From Camelus dromedarius (lineage: Eukaryota): DNA of 64,000 bases. Numbering within the stretch: the stretch's first letter is position 1; each line of letters starts with the position of its first letter. Below the pieces are notes generated by a model that worked only from the letters and a program-made list of their open reading frames with translations, had not been told where the DNA came from and made no database searches. Of the stretch, positions 48,701-61,888 are shown piece by piece. The position numbers and the translations under genes were made by a program. The stretch lies in assembly GCF_036321535.1 (NCBI RefSeq), contig NC_087436.1, positions 115,942,001 to 116,006,000 of the forward strand, in the 5' to 3' direction.

Positions 48701-50349
48701 GATGTTATCAGGATTGGAGATGACAGATGCAAGGCGTCTGGGTAACTGACAGTATTTGTGCACTCTGTCCCTAGAATGGAATCTCAGGGTTAATCCCATT
48801 GCCAGAGTCCTTTCCAGAATGGAAATCCTCTGGATTCTGATTCCTTCTGTAACAGGCACTGAACTGATTTTCTTCTCAGCCATTATCATGAGATCTTACA
48901 CAAGTCATCAAGCTCTCCTGGGCCTCAGTTTTCCTCACTCAGTAAGAAGAAAAAAAAGGAACAGGAAAGAAGGGACTTTATCACCATAACCACCTCCTTC
49001 AGTTCCCAGCACTCGTTATTGTATAATTTTGGCCCATATCTCTATTTTCATAGGTGAAATGCTTTGGGCAGAGAAAGTTCTTCTAGTTACATTGTTCTTC
49101 ATGGAGGTCTAGACTCCATTCTGCGCCATCACACAAGATTTCTGTCGGGAACTTGACTGTTTAGCTGATCTCTGGAAGTTGAGAGGAATGGTGTTGATAG
49201 ATTGCTCAGATAATAGATCAGGATGTTAAGAAGTAAAATAGGCCAAGACAGAATTGGGAGAAAGTAACAGACTTGGACAAAATATAATACTGTAGTTAAG
49301 AGAGTAAATATGGGAAACAGGTGAGGAAATCTGAGTAAATACTTTGATGGGCATTAACTAAGAGAATAAGTAAACAAAAGTTGAGATAAAAATGATGATC
49401 CAACTTGCCCGGCAGGAAGTGGATGTTTTTCAGATTATCTTCTCCACTGGTACTTAATTATCTCAATCTTTAGTAGGGCTTTCTTGGCAGAAGTTTTATG
49501 CTACAAAGGGGATGAGAGTCATGGAGCTGGAAAATATACATGGAATTCTAATTCTGCTACTCCATATGCTCTTCCCAATTTTGAGTCATCAAATTAAGTT
49601 TTCATTGAGTGCCCATTCATGCAGGGTATACTATTTGATAGCCACTGCCAGAGGATATGGGTTAAGGTAGCTAGCTAAAGTTTGCAATATATACACCCAA
49701 AATGTAACGCCTCTACAGAATAAAATTATGCAAGGGCATTTCTAGCACACACATAGGTTTGGAGTAGAGGAATTGGGGTATATATCTGCTCTATATATTG
49801 TTTCAGGGACCCAAGAGGATGGCAGTTCTAACAACTCCAACAAGAAGTTTGCCTGAATTGAAAAAGAACACGAAGGTGAAGACCTTTTCATGGGCCAGGC
49901 ACGGATGCGCCCCACAGTGCTTCCTCCAGGAAGAAGGAAGAAGAAGATAATGATAGTGGTCAGCTAGAGGACTGTGCCAGACAACGGAGGGCAGAAGGAG
50001 ACCTAAAGGAAAGTTTAGCACAGCTGTGGACCCAGGCACGTGAAATTTCTTTTATTCATGGCTCAGTGCCTCTTACCCAACTGGAGAGACCTTTTGCAAA
50101 GTAGACTGAGACCATGAAGTAGGGGATAATTAATTTGCAACTAAGTATAATCAAGGAGATGTTTTACAGAGTATATAGAAATAAGATGGACCTGAGGGAT
50201 GGGTTTAATACAGGAAATTTCACTGAACAGTCCACAGGTGGGTTTAGTAAAATATATCTAAAATGAATATAAAATCTTCCCCGCCCCACTACACATGAAC
50301 TCCTTTACTAGGTTATAAAGAGAGCCAGAGGTAAAAAATAAATGATGCA

Positions 50350-50565
50350 TTCCTCAGAGAGATTTTCCTTGTCCATCCACTCTGAGTAGCATCCCTGTCA
50401 TTCTCTCTGTCACTATCCTTGGTACACAAGTCACCAGGTTGCTTGTTTGCTGTCTTTCTTTCCTCCGTAGGTACCACAGGGCAGGGACTTTTTTTGTGCT
50501 GTTTACTGCTTTAACTCCAGCATCTAAAACAATGTGCACCATTCAATGAATATTTGCTGAATGCA
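50350..50565 (+). mobile_element. L2 3' fragment
   Basis: 'agggcagggactttt…gtttactgctttaactccagcatctaaaacaatg…tcaatgaatatttgctgaatg'. Confidence 0.8.
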
Positions 50566-50979
50566 CTGTACAGACGGAAGGTCTAGCCGATTGAGTGATC
50601 CAGTGGGATTATTCTTTGCAGAGCTGAATGATGTAGGTGAGTAGAAATTCAAAGCTGGGACAGACATTAGGAATAGCTGAATCCAGACTCTCCATATTGA
50701 AGAACTGGAGGCTCAATGGAGGAAACAAATTTTTCGGAGAAGACATGACAAATGTCAAAACATGTTTTTAAATGCAATATAGTGATTTCTCAATATGTTA
50801 TTGCCAAACTAGACTATCATTTAACTGTAAACAGATTTTTGGAGATTTTTTTTAACACTTACTGTTATTTAAAGGTTATTTAATATTGTTATTTCCTCCT
50901 TCTGGCAGAATCCATGTGTTGCTAATTGCCTTGGAGCATTAAATAATGATATTTCCTTTTGCAATGCTACAAGTCTAAC

Positions 50980-51400
50980 ATGGGAAACAAATGTGAAAAC
51001 TATATGACAGAAAAATATCTTTAAAATATGAAGATAAAATATAAAGAGCTATCATATTTAACTAACTAGATAAATGCCTCCCACTCACTCTCAGGTAGAC
51101 AAATGGGAAAAGCATATGAGCACAAAAAAAAAAACAATGATCCAAGAAGGAGTTCAATTTCCTTGTGAACCAAAAGAATACAAAAGTGAGATTTCCTTTC
51201 TTAATAAACTATATTGATTTTTTTAAAAAAGAATGATGCAATCCAATATTTGCAAAGTTTATGGAAACAGGTGTTCTAATAACTATGGAGATATGTATAA
51301 AAGACTCATATTTAAAACTTTTTCTCTTTGACTTAATATAATTATCTCTAGAAATTTATCTTAAGGAAATAATCATGGCTAAATGGTATGTAACTCTAAA
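50980..51400 (+). mobile_element. Ancient L1 (L1ME-like) fragment
   Basis: 'tagacaaatgggaaaagcatatgagcac…ctttgacttaatataattatctctagaaatttatcttaaggaaataatc'. Confidence 0.6.
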
Positions 51401-51473
51401 CTGCTGACTCTATCTATCTATCTATCTATATATCTTCTTGAATATGTTTATATATGGTACAGTTTTAGAAGTT

Positions 51474-51483
51474 TATATGTATA

Positions 51484-51527
<44 letters not shown>
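51474..51527 (+). repeat. (TG)n(TA)n microsatellite
   Basis: Visible. Confidence 0.95.
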
Positions 51528-51528
<1 letters not shown>

Positions 51529-52114
51529 CCATAATATACTTTGACAGGTCAATGAGAAAAATATTGAAAATAATTTTCAGAAGAGCTAAAGCTCAAATGA
51601 TAAAAACAGTGGGAATGCTTTAGTAAAAATAATACCTTGGATTTAGTCCTATTGCAGACAACCACATTGCGAAGCCCTTAAGGACTCAGACAAGTCTAGG
51701 CTCTGTAAGACAGAAAACGTCTTTTGCCCACTTTCTGCCTTGGTGTGACTAATAGCAACGTAAGAGAGATGGAGCTTTTAAGCAAGCATTTACGATACGA
51801 AGTACTAAGAAGAAAACATGAAATTGTAGATGAGGGAGTTACACTGGATGGAAGAGTACACTAAATTGTCTGAGCCTCGGTTTCCTCATCTGAAACACGA
51901 ATATGGGGCTGGCATTTTCCAATACGTGTGATCTCAGGAACTTTTTAAAGCTACACTTTATTCATGGAACATAAAAAATGATCATGCAAAGCAATGAATA
52001 CTTTTGATTTAAAATGTCTTTCAGCAAGTTACAAAGGAACACATTTTCTCAGTAGTGAAGTTTAATTTGCAACCAGCATTGAGTAATATTACAAATGTAA
52101 AGTGAAAATATAAG

Positions 52115-52117
<3 letters not shown>

Positions 52118-52159
<42 letters not shown>

Positions 52160-52167
52160 TATATATA
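52118..52167 (+). repeat. (TA)n microsatellite
   Basis: Visible. Confidence 0.95.
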
Positions 52168-52959
52168 ATTTAGACCAGAAAACCTTGGATCCATTGCATA
52201 TACCCTGACTGGTGACAGGTCCAATGTTGTTGCTACATGCTCCTACATCAGGACATCCACTATGACCTTTGAGTTTCCTAAGTGTGGCCCAACTTATGTT
52301 AAAGATAGATTGTAACATGCAGCAAGAACTACTCTCAATATATTTAATATATTTTCTTATATTTATTTTAAAAGATACACTTTATAAGAAAAATATCCTA
52401 TCATTGATGATGTTTTTCCACTGGGATCTATTAATGTCTCTGAGAATCTAAGGTTTGGATTGCTGGTCTTCAAAATCTCTCATTTTTTTTTTATTCCAAA
52501 ATAGAAGGTGGTAGGGCCCAGATGATTGTTTGTAGATATAGAGCTCATAAATGGAAAACTTCATTCGTTGGTAGGAGTTGGTAGGGAGGATTTGCCTAAC
52601 AATGCATGTATCCATCAACCCCTCCAACCATTCATCCACTAAATCCATGAGAAAACCAATATGCATTTAGTCTGCACAAAGCCCAAGCCCTGTTCTACAC
52701 TCAGGATCACACAATATGAAAACAAAATCTTTGTGCCCTTGGTGCACCCACTCTAGTGGAACATAAAGAATTTAATCAAATACTTAACATGAATATATAG
52801 TTACAAATTAAAATAAGTGCCCTGAAAGGAGAGTACAAAAATCTACAGGAATGTATAACCAGGAAATGTGATCCCACCCAGAGAGTTCAGGGAAATGTGG
52901 TTTGTTTGTGTTGAGCTAAGAAAATAGAGGAGGATGACTAACAGTTAATTCTACCCTAA

Positions 52960-53370
52960 CCTTCCTGGCTTCCTGCTGTTCCTCGCACACAAGAGGGATG
53001 TACCAGCCTTACAGAATTTTGCACTTATTTTTCTCCTCTGCCTGAATACCCTCACCCAGAAATCTGCAAGGTTAATGCCTTCACCTCCTTCAAGTCTTGC
53101 TTAAGTGTTAACATCTCAGTTAAACCCACCGTGATGTCTGTTTTAACAGAGTGATCTGCAGCAACCCCCAATCCTTGAAACCCAAATACTTCTCTGGGTG
53201 TTTTTCCATAGTACTTTCTAACTTATTGCTAGTTTATTTTTTTGCCAATTCTCTGGATTAACTTACTGGATATAATTGCCAGAAGGGAAAAATATTTTCT
53301 CTGCTTTGCTTACTGATATATTCTAAGTGTTTAGAATACTGTTTGATTATAGTTGTATATTTTTAAAGTT
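52960..53370 (+). mobile_element. L2 3' fragment
   Basis: 'ggcttcctgctgttcctcgcacac…ttttgcactt…cctctgcctgaatac…tcacctccttcaagtcttgctt'. Confidence 0.7.
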
Positions 53371-53409
53371 AATTAATTAATTGTTAAATTAATTAACTGT
53401 ACTGAGTCA

Positions 53410-54130
53410 TAGTAAATATACAACATAACAAAAAGTTTGAGAGGCAGCTATAACAGTACCCAGAAGAAAAGTTACGGCCATAAATGAATATATTAGGTGA
53501 AAAAGAGTAAAAATTAATTATCTTACTTCCCATATGCCAAAGTTTAAAAAGAAGGGTAAAATAAACCTAAGGCGTGTAGAAAAAGGAAACAACTAAGACA
53601 TGAGAGGAAATAAAAAAAAATTGAAAGCTGAAATAAACTGAGAAAATCAGCAAAAGCAAAATTTGCTTCTTTGAAAAGATCAATAAACTTGATAAACCCA
53701 CAGCAAAACTAATCAGGGGAAAAAAGGAAAAAAAGTAACAAAACTCACAAATAAGAATATCAGGAATAGAAGAATAGATATCACTGGAGATTTTTTGATA
53801 TTAAAATAATAAGATAATATTTTGTGCAAATTTAAATCAATAAATTCAACAACATGGGTAAAATAGACTAATTTCTTAAAAGATTCAAATAACTAAAATG
53901 ACTACAAGAAGATTCAAATAACTAAAATGACTACATGAAGAAATTAAAAATCTATAATACCTATATATTTGTTAAAGAAATTTAAAAGTGAAATCCATAC
54001 CCAGAAGTCTTTGCTTGAGAATGCCATTAAACATTAATAGGGGAAAAAATACCAATTGTATACAAACTGAGAAAATAGAGAAGGAAGGAACACCTCGCGT
54101 TTTACTTTAAGAAAACAGTCTAACTTGGTA
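53410..54130 (+). mobile_element. Decayed L1 ORF2 internal fragment
   Basis: 'ttctttgaaaagatcaataaacttgataaaccc' encodes FFEKINKLDKP, a conserved L1 ORF2 motif; frame is disrupted. Confidence 0.85.
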
Positions 54131-54136
54131 AGTCAC

Positions 54137-54607
54137 TGTAACAAGCTGAATAATGCCCCCCCAATCTAAGATGTCCATGTTTAAATCTCAGAACTTGTTA
54201 ATATGCTACCTTATGTTGCAGAGGGATTTTGAAGATGTGGTAAAATGAAAGATTTTGAGATGAGGAGGTTATCCTGGATTACCTAGATGGGCCCAGTATA
54301 ATCACAATGTAAGTGAAAGATGGGAGACAGGACAGCAAGGCTCAGAGGAGAGGTGACAAAGGAAGCAGTTGAAATTATGTGGGGCTATGAAGCAAGGAAT
54401 GTGAGCTGATTCTAGAAGCTTGAAAAAGCAAGGGAACGGATTGTCCCAGAGTCTTCTAAAAGAATGCAGCCTTGACAACATCTTGATTTTAGCCTGATGA
54501 GACCCATTTTGAACTTGACATCCAGAACTGTAAGACAATAAGGTCATGCTGTTTTAAAGCACAACATTTATAGTAATTTGTTATAGCAGCAATAGGAAAC
54601 TTACACA
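54137..54607 (+). mobile_element. MaLR solo LTR (MLT1D-like)
   Basis: TG…ACA; 'ttgagatgaggaggttatcctggattacctagatgggccc', 'gtaatttgttatagcagcaataggaaac'; degenerate TSD GTCAC/GCCAT. Confidence 0.9.
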
Positions 54608-55539
54608 GCCATATCTACAATGTACTCATAGTCATTCCTGGAAACTAAGTCTAGAACCCAGAAATTCTGTAACGACCTATTTCTGCTCTTTGTATCCCTT
54701 TTTGCTTAGAGTGTTTTCTGTTCCTTGTTCTGAAGCCTGACTGATTCAGAAGTGTAGAGTCAGGGAAACTGGTCTAGACTCAGTTCTTTTGCTCCTTTGC
54801 TCAGTACCCTTGAGTTAGCCATGATTCTTACTTGAATCAACATTTCTATCCTATAAAGCAAGGGTATTATTGTGTTAGATCAATATTTTTGACATGACAA
54901 TATGGAAGATTAATTTAGTAGATATGAGTCATTTTTTCTTTTATGTCTATGTATACAATTTTGTTTCCCAAATATAGCAAGCAATGCTGGTTTTCTAAGT
55001 ACTGAAGTATCTTAAAATTTCCTTTAAAGTAAATAGTCTAGAATTGTTTAAAAGAAAATAATTTAAATAAAAGTATTACACAAATATAAGGAGTATTTTG
55101 CAATGACTAAAAAAATGAAAGTGGTATGAGAAAAACTGAAGTTTGGGAAACAATGGACTACAAATATCTTGCTTCTCTTCCCTACTTATCCAATTAGTAA
55201 CCAATTTACTTATTCATTAAATATATAAATATTCATGAACTTCTTTCCAGCACAAGGCCCCAAATAAGAGCACAATAGGATAACAATAATGGATGTACAG
55301 CCTCTGACCTGAAGGACCTCAAGACTGAGCAGGGAGACAAATACACGTTTTAAATGGTAATGAACTAGGCTTGGAACTCAAATGGGGATATGTATGTGGT
55401 CCTGCCAATTCCTAACTTTGGAACCGTCAGTCTCTCCTTAAATTCATCCCCATGATGAGTTTCCAGAATAGGCAATTTAAAATACAGCTCTAACCACAGC
55501 ACTCCCTTTCTTTACCCCAGTACTTGACAAATTATGATC

Positions 55540-55740
55540 CCAAGACAAATGGCATTGCTGTAGCTTTTTGTAAATAAAATTCTGATGAGAGTTTTGTAAA
55601 CACAGTCACACCCTCATTTAGGCAAAGTCCATGGCTGCTCTCATGCTGCAGTGGCAGAGTTAAGTAGCTGTGACAGAGGCTGAAGGGAGACCTAAAATAT
55701 TTACTATCTGATCCATTATTTTTAAACAATTGGCACCTTT
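55540..55740. mobile_element. MER58A-like MITE
   Basis: 'ccatggctgctctcatgctgcagtggcagagttaagtagctgtgacagag…cctaaaatatttactatctg'. Confidence 0.8.
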
Positions 55741-56507
55741 ATCTTTAAATCCTTCCATTGGGCTTCCCATTAAGATGAACTGAAATTCAAACTCCTTAAA
55801 ACAGCATATGCAAACTTTCTAGTATCATCATATAGCATCCCTCTGAATATATTCAACAAGTCATCCATATCTTAAACGGCATTTTTTTTCTTTTTTTTTT
55901 TTTCCTAGAGAAATGGCATTATTTAGCCTAAGCTTTTTTTTTTTTTTTTTTCTCTTTGTGGACAATTTCTACTGAATCCTTAAAATCCAAACCAATTTCT
56001 ACAAGGAAGCCCTCCATGACTTTCCAAGGAAACCTGTAATTTTTTTTTTAATTTTGCTTTCTCAGTAGGCCTTAATATACCTCTTACAATGTTCTAATTA
56101 TTCCTAACTAACTCCTCTGCTTTCATAATAATGTCATATTCCTCATAATACAAATTCAAGTAAACATAGTAGAAATGACAACCAAAAATCACCCAAAATA
56201 ACACAAATTTAGTAATCTCAAAAATAATTTTTATCAACAATTAGTGAACATCATTTTAGACATATCTCTATGCATATTTGTAGGAACAAGGGTAAATGGA
56301 AATAATTTAATAAAAAATGCACATATATCACCTAATCATATTCTAATAAAAATTTTATTTAATCTTCCCTATATTTAGTAGAATATAAATAAATTCATGA
56401 AGCTCAAGAAATGTTTAAATTTCAGAAACTTTTTTTTGTGTGGTATTTACAATTCTTAAAAGATCATACTACATATATGTATAAAATACTATAACAAAAT
56501 AGAGTAT

Positions 56508-56905
56508 TGGTTATGAGTTAAATTGCGTCACTTCAAAACTCATACACTGAAACCCCAACACCTAGTAACTCAGAATGTGACTATATTTGAGATAGGGTTC
56601 CTAAAGAGATGACTGTGTTAAAATGAGGACTTTGGGGTGGGCCCTAATTCAAGCTGACTTGTGTCCTTCTAAGAAGAGGAAATTTAAACATACCGGGGAG
56701 TGAAAAGACACAGAAGAGACACCACGTGAAGACACAGGAAAAGGTAGCCGTCTGCAAGCCAAGGAGAGAGGCCTCAGGAGACATCAAACCTGCTGGCACC
56801 TTAATCTTGGACTTCCAGCCTCTCGAACTGTGAAAAAATGAGTTTCTATTGTTCAAGCCAGACAGCGTGTGGTACAAGGTTATGGAAGCCCTGGCAAGCT
56901 CATAT
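56508..56905 (+). mobile_element. MaLR solo LTR (MLT1B-like)
   Basis: 'ggtagccgtctgcaagccaaggagagaggcctcaggag…ctgctggcaccttaatcttggacttccagcctc'; probable TSD AGTAT/GGTAT. Confidence 0.9.
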
Positions 56906-57574
56906 GGTATCTGTACTTCAATTTTTTTTTTTCCTAGTACTAGTAAATACTTTTACTGATATGGTGGTTTTAACTTCAAGTTTCTCCTACCTCTTATAAC
57001 AACAAAATCTTCTGAATTCTATGAGTTATGTCACTTTTACATTGTTGAGGTCTGAACTATTCACATGATCGCCTATATCCAACATTCACACTTGGTTTAG
57101 GCAGAGTTTTCTGTTCAGATTAATTTGATTTCACCATCAGACCAGCACCCTGCGGGCTTCCTCTGAGAGTTCTTCATCATGATGTACGTCCCTTGCTTGA
57201 TGGCATGTTGTCATCAAGTGTTTTCCATGAGGGGGAACAGATTTTTTTTCCTGACTTTTTATGATAGAAATTGTATGCCTGTTGCCTTTATACAAGAAGA
57301 ATTATGGGATTGCAATTTCTTTTCTTCATTTTGTGTAGACAGTCTACCCGCCCCTAGCATTAAAACTTGTTGAAGAATTTGAGGTCCGTCAGGTGATTTG
57401 ACCACTTAGGCTGCTGAATCATTCTGTATCACACTCTGTCCCCTAGCCCAAGTCCAGGATACAGGGGTCCTTCCCAAAGTGTAGAGTATAATCTTTAATT
57501 TTAAATACTTTTTTTCCTATTCTATATTTAGACATGTTTGTTATTCTAGGCCTTATCATGTAGCGATTCAGAGA

Positions 57575-57730
57575 ATGGGGTCACATCCATGCTTCTTTAC
57601 TTACTTGACATGTGACCTTGGAAAAGTACTTAACCTCTCTATCCCTCAGTTTCTCTCATCTGTCAAATGTCAGTCGACTTCATAGGGTTGTTGTGAGAAT
57701 TATATGAATTATTAAATGTAAAACAGTACT
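57575..57730 (+). mobile_element. MIR SINE
   Basis: 'tgtgaccttggaaaagtacttaacctctctatccctcagtttc…cttcatagggttgttgtgagaatta'. Confidence 0.85.
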
Positions 57731-57984
57731 AAATTACATTATTATAATAATTTACATATTATCTTTGATTAGCTTCCTTGTCTGTAATGTTTTCACTAAA
57801 ACTTAACATGGTTATTTTCCACTTCATCTTTTGTAATTTCCTTAAGCTTGTTTGCTTATGTTTCTATTCATGTTCATTCTTCCAATTAAAAATCCCCTAA
57901 TTGCAAGTTTTGTGTTGGAAATCTAGAATCATTGGTCTTTTTTCTCTATTTGCTCCAACTTATCTCCATCAGTGTGTGCCATCA

Positions 57985-58546
57985 GTTAGGCATTACAAAC
58001 ATTTTTAAGGTCAAGATAGTAAATATTTCAGGCTTTGTGGGGTACATAGTCTCTGTTTCATATTTGTCTTAGTCCATTTGGGTTGTTGCTATGACAAAAT
58101 ATCATAAACTGGGAGGCTTAAAATCGACAAATATTTATTTCTCACTGTTCTGGAGGCTGGAAAGTCTGAGATCAGGGTGCCAGCATGGTAATGTGAAGGC
58201 CCTCTTCCTGATGGCAGATTTCTCCTCATGTCCTTACATGGTGGAAGAGACTGGGAAACTCTGTGGGGCCTCTTTTATAAGAGAACAAATCCCATTCATG
58301 GGGGCTCTGCCCTTATGACCTCAGCACCTTCCAAAAGCTCCACCTCCTGACATCATCGCACTTAGCATTAGGATTCCAGCATCTGAACTGGGCAGGATGT
58401 GGGGGAGGGGTCACAAATATTCAGATTATAACAATAGTCTTTTGTTGTTTTTTTTTAACTATTTAAACATATAAAATCATTCTTAGCTCAAGAGTTTTAA
58501 ATAAACATGAGAGTGTACCAGATAGTCAGTAGTTTATCCACCCCTG
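57985..58546. mobile_element. MER58C-like MITE split by an MLT1A LTR
   Basis: Left 'agatagtaaatatttcaggctttgtggg…tagtctctgt', right 'aaaatcattcttagctc…gtagtttatccacccctg'. Confidence 0.7.
58065..58433 (-). mobile_element. MaLR solo LTR (MLT1A-like)
   Basis: TGTCTTAGTCC…ATAACA; 'tttatttctcactgttctggaggctggaaagtctgagatcagggtgccagcatgg'; probable TSD ATATT/ATAGT. Confidence 0.9.
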
Positions 58547-58569
58547 GAGGTCTTAAACAATAATAATGT

Positions 58570-58572
<3 letters not shown>

Positions 58573-58605
<33 letters not shown>

Positions 58606-58638
58606 AGTGTAAGTGCGTGTGGGTGTGGGTGTGGGTGT
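58573..58638 (+). repeat. (GT)n plus (GTGTGG)n repeat
   Basis: Visible. Confidence 0.93.
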
Positions 58639-61600
58639 CTTCCCCTCCTTCCAAAGCACCTGTCTTACGGATCTATGCAATGAGATTTGGCTTCAATGAC
58701 AACATTGTCCATTTCTCCTTTGGTCTCGTGATATTTCTCCATATCATTAATCAAAGATTCATTGGATGGGACTTTCAGGACTGTGACACTTATTTTGAAG
58801 GAAATCAATACTCTGCCCAAAGCCTGAGGAGACTAATGTCAGTTAACAGCCTGCCCACATGTTTCTATATTGAACACATTATCTTCAGAAGATTTATTTT
58901 GGAGCAATGGTCATTTCCTTTTATTGAAGTCAGATTTCTCAATTTTTGCTGCTGTTGATCATAAATTTCAAAAGGGGTAAGAGAAGTGAATATTCCCTCA
59001 GACTGCTGTCTTAAAGCAGAAGTAGCATGACAAGATCTTTTAAGTCTCTATCGCAAAGTGACATATTTCTTGAGTCTATAAAACATGAGTTCTGGTATCT
59101 GAGTGCCTCAAGAAAGTTCGACTGAATAAATTAATGCACCAATGCTCATCATTCCAGAAGTGCAAAAGCTGAGTGAAAGATGCAGACTTAGAGTCTATTC
59201 TAGAAAATTCCAGTCACCCAATTGCTGTCTTATACATCAGGGAGCTCTTGAATAAAGCTGACTCCTGGGTGCATACACTTCAGTTGAACCTCCTCCTCTC
59301 AGCCGCCCACATGGATTTGCCTCCTTCCTCCGCAGCTCGGCTTTGGATGCCCAGCAGTCAGGACATGCCTGAGAGAAGAAATCGGGCTTCCAAGGGGCAG
59401 AGGAGGACTCTAGGGACCCAGAGAGGGGCTGCAGTTTTCAAACTGGGCCATGGGGCCTCAGGGACACGTAGGTGGTGTGGCTCTGCTGACAGATATTCTG
59501 GCTCTGGGGGAGTGTTGGCAACCTGATTTTGTCTCCGTGTTAAAATCCTGTTTTGCTCTAAGCGTCTTTCAAAAATAATAGTTTGCTGAGTTTAAGTTTT
59601 AAACTGGAAAATGATTTGGAACCTGTGAAATAAGCAAGTATGTTAAAGTTATAGGCTAGTACTTGAGGCTTCACGAGTCATCGTTAGCACATTTCACAAA
59701 TTTCAGGACAACACCAGATGGGGGCGTGGAGGTGGTGGATCCTCTCTCAGGATGGGAAATTCCTTTTTTATGACTGAATACAATGACATAAACTATCTCT
59801 TTCACACAAAAGATATCATGCTGTTGTGTAATTGTTGTTTCTCTGCTCAGTCTCTGAATCTCTTTCTATATCTCTATTTCTGTGTGTGTGCTTGTATGTT
59901 TCTCAAATATACCTTATTTTTTCAACTGCCAAAGCTCTAGTTTATTCTTTCATCACTTTTAAATTAAACATGGAAAATTTAAGACCTATAGAAAGACGGA
60001 GAAAATAATATAAAGAATCCCCGTTACCCATCAGCTTCCATGACTCATGGCTTTTTGTCGATCTTATCAAATATGTCTCATGTATCACTGTAGACTCAGC
60101 ACTTCTCCTATTACCTAACATGTATTTTTATTTTATTTAGGGCATTAAAGATGTTTGGAGAACAGATAAATAAATGAATGAATATCTATCAGAGAGAAAA
60201 AAATAGCAGTAACCCAGAGAGAGGAACTTGGAAGGACAAATAGAGAGCTTCCTTCAGTTGCTTGATAGTGAACAGAATGTTCACGCCAGAACATTATAGA
60301 AAGACGTCTGTAAAGACTGTTAAATCCAGTATTCCCTAAGCCTGTGAATACCACGCTGGTGGCACGTGGAAAGACTGACTACTGTCCTACGGATGGCTGA
60401 GAGGGATGTTGAATAAATGTGTTGTTGTAAACTGTCCATTTAGTGACTGGCATGATTTGGGGGTAAATATGGCTAAGTATTTAAGTCTGCTAAATAGTAG
60501 TAGCCTGCTGCAGTTAGAAAGAGGGGGGAGCTCTTTATCCCCTTGCTAACAAGTTGACAACAATAAAGTGTGTTAGGAAATAACATTCAGGCCAATTTCT
60601 TTTAACCACTAAAAGATTTATTAGGCAAAAATGTGGTCCAACTTTTTTTTAATGCAATCCTCACTTGGTCAATTCAGGCCCACTAACAGACACTTTGCAA
60701 AATAAATAGAAAAAGAAAGAAAAGAAAAAAAGAATGCTAAGAGGTCAGAGGTAAATGCATTAATAATTTGCAGAGGATTAAACCATCTCTCTGCTCAGGT
60801 CAAGCAAGAGAGACCTTCAATATATGAAAACACCAAAGGCAGCACTGGATACAGATGTTGTGAAGGTGACTGGCTGGGAGGTTGAGTTGCTGGAATTTGA
60901 TCCCTCATTTATGCAAGGACATTGCCACTTGTGTCGCCTTTCTTGCCAGTCTTGTATTTTGAACATTACTAATTTTGCCAGTGAAAAATTATTTCCAATA
61001 TGCCTCATGCTAATTAATGGATCCTTTTATATAAATTTTGATAATGATATGTGAAGCACTTGTAAATAGCTACTGTGTGCTCGTGGTCCCTGATCCAGTT
61101 CCAAAGCAACTTAACTGCCACTGAGTATAGACTAGAGTTAATTCGGGTGTATGTATATACATTACATTGTTTATACTAAAGTCAAATGACTAAATTTCCT
61201 TAATTACTACATTTACTAAATTTAAATTTACTAAAATTATTAAACTTACTAAGTAAATTGCTACTCGCATGATATAATGTGTAAAGAATCCAAGGTAGCT
61301 GGAAACAGTTCAACCTGAAGCAAAACACTGAATTAGATGTAGTTATGAGCTAGTCATCAATTCATTCATTCATCCCATAAACACCAATCAGGTTTCAAGA
61401 CAAAGACAGACATTCATTTTAGTGATTCTTTAGCTCTTTGAAGACGTGTTGAGGGTGGCATCTTAAATTCATGCTTCAGTGTTTTGATAAACACATTTTA
61501 CAGAAAAAAATAAAAAAGAGGGAAAGCATATTGACTTTTTATTCAAATAGCTACACTCAAGGACTTGCTTATCTCATGTAAATAATATAAAGCCCTAATG

Positions 61601-61679
61601 TCTTTTCTGTAACATGAAATAAAATTTTAATGTCATGTTTTGAATGTATATAATATACAACAAAGCAGCAGGAGTCTAC

Positions 61680-61680
<1 letters not shown>

Positions 61681-61749
<69 letters not shown>

Positions 61750-61888
61750 GAAGGAAGGAAGGAAGGAAGGAAGGAAGGAAGGAAAGGAAGGAAGGAAGGA
61801 TGGAAGGATGGAAGGAAGGATGGAAGGATGGAAGGAAGGAAGGAAGGAAGGAAAAGAAAAGAAAAAAAGAAAGGAAGAAGGAAAGAAA
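61681..61888 (+). repeat. Compound purine microsatellite (GAAA)17 followed by (GGAA)n/(GGAT)-interrupted and GAAAA units
   Basis: Visible; explains ORFs 61633-61979. Confidence 0.97.

Noticed and set aside
59711..59727. CTCF-like motif CACCAGATGGGGGCG
   Set aside because: Departs from the core consensus in its 3' half; too weak without ChIP data.
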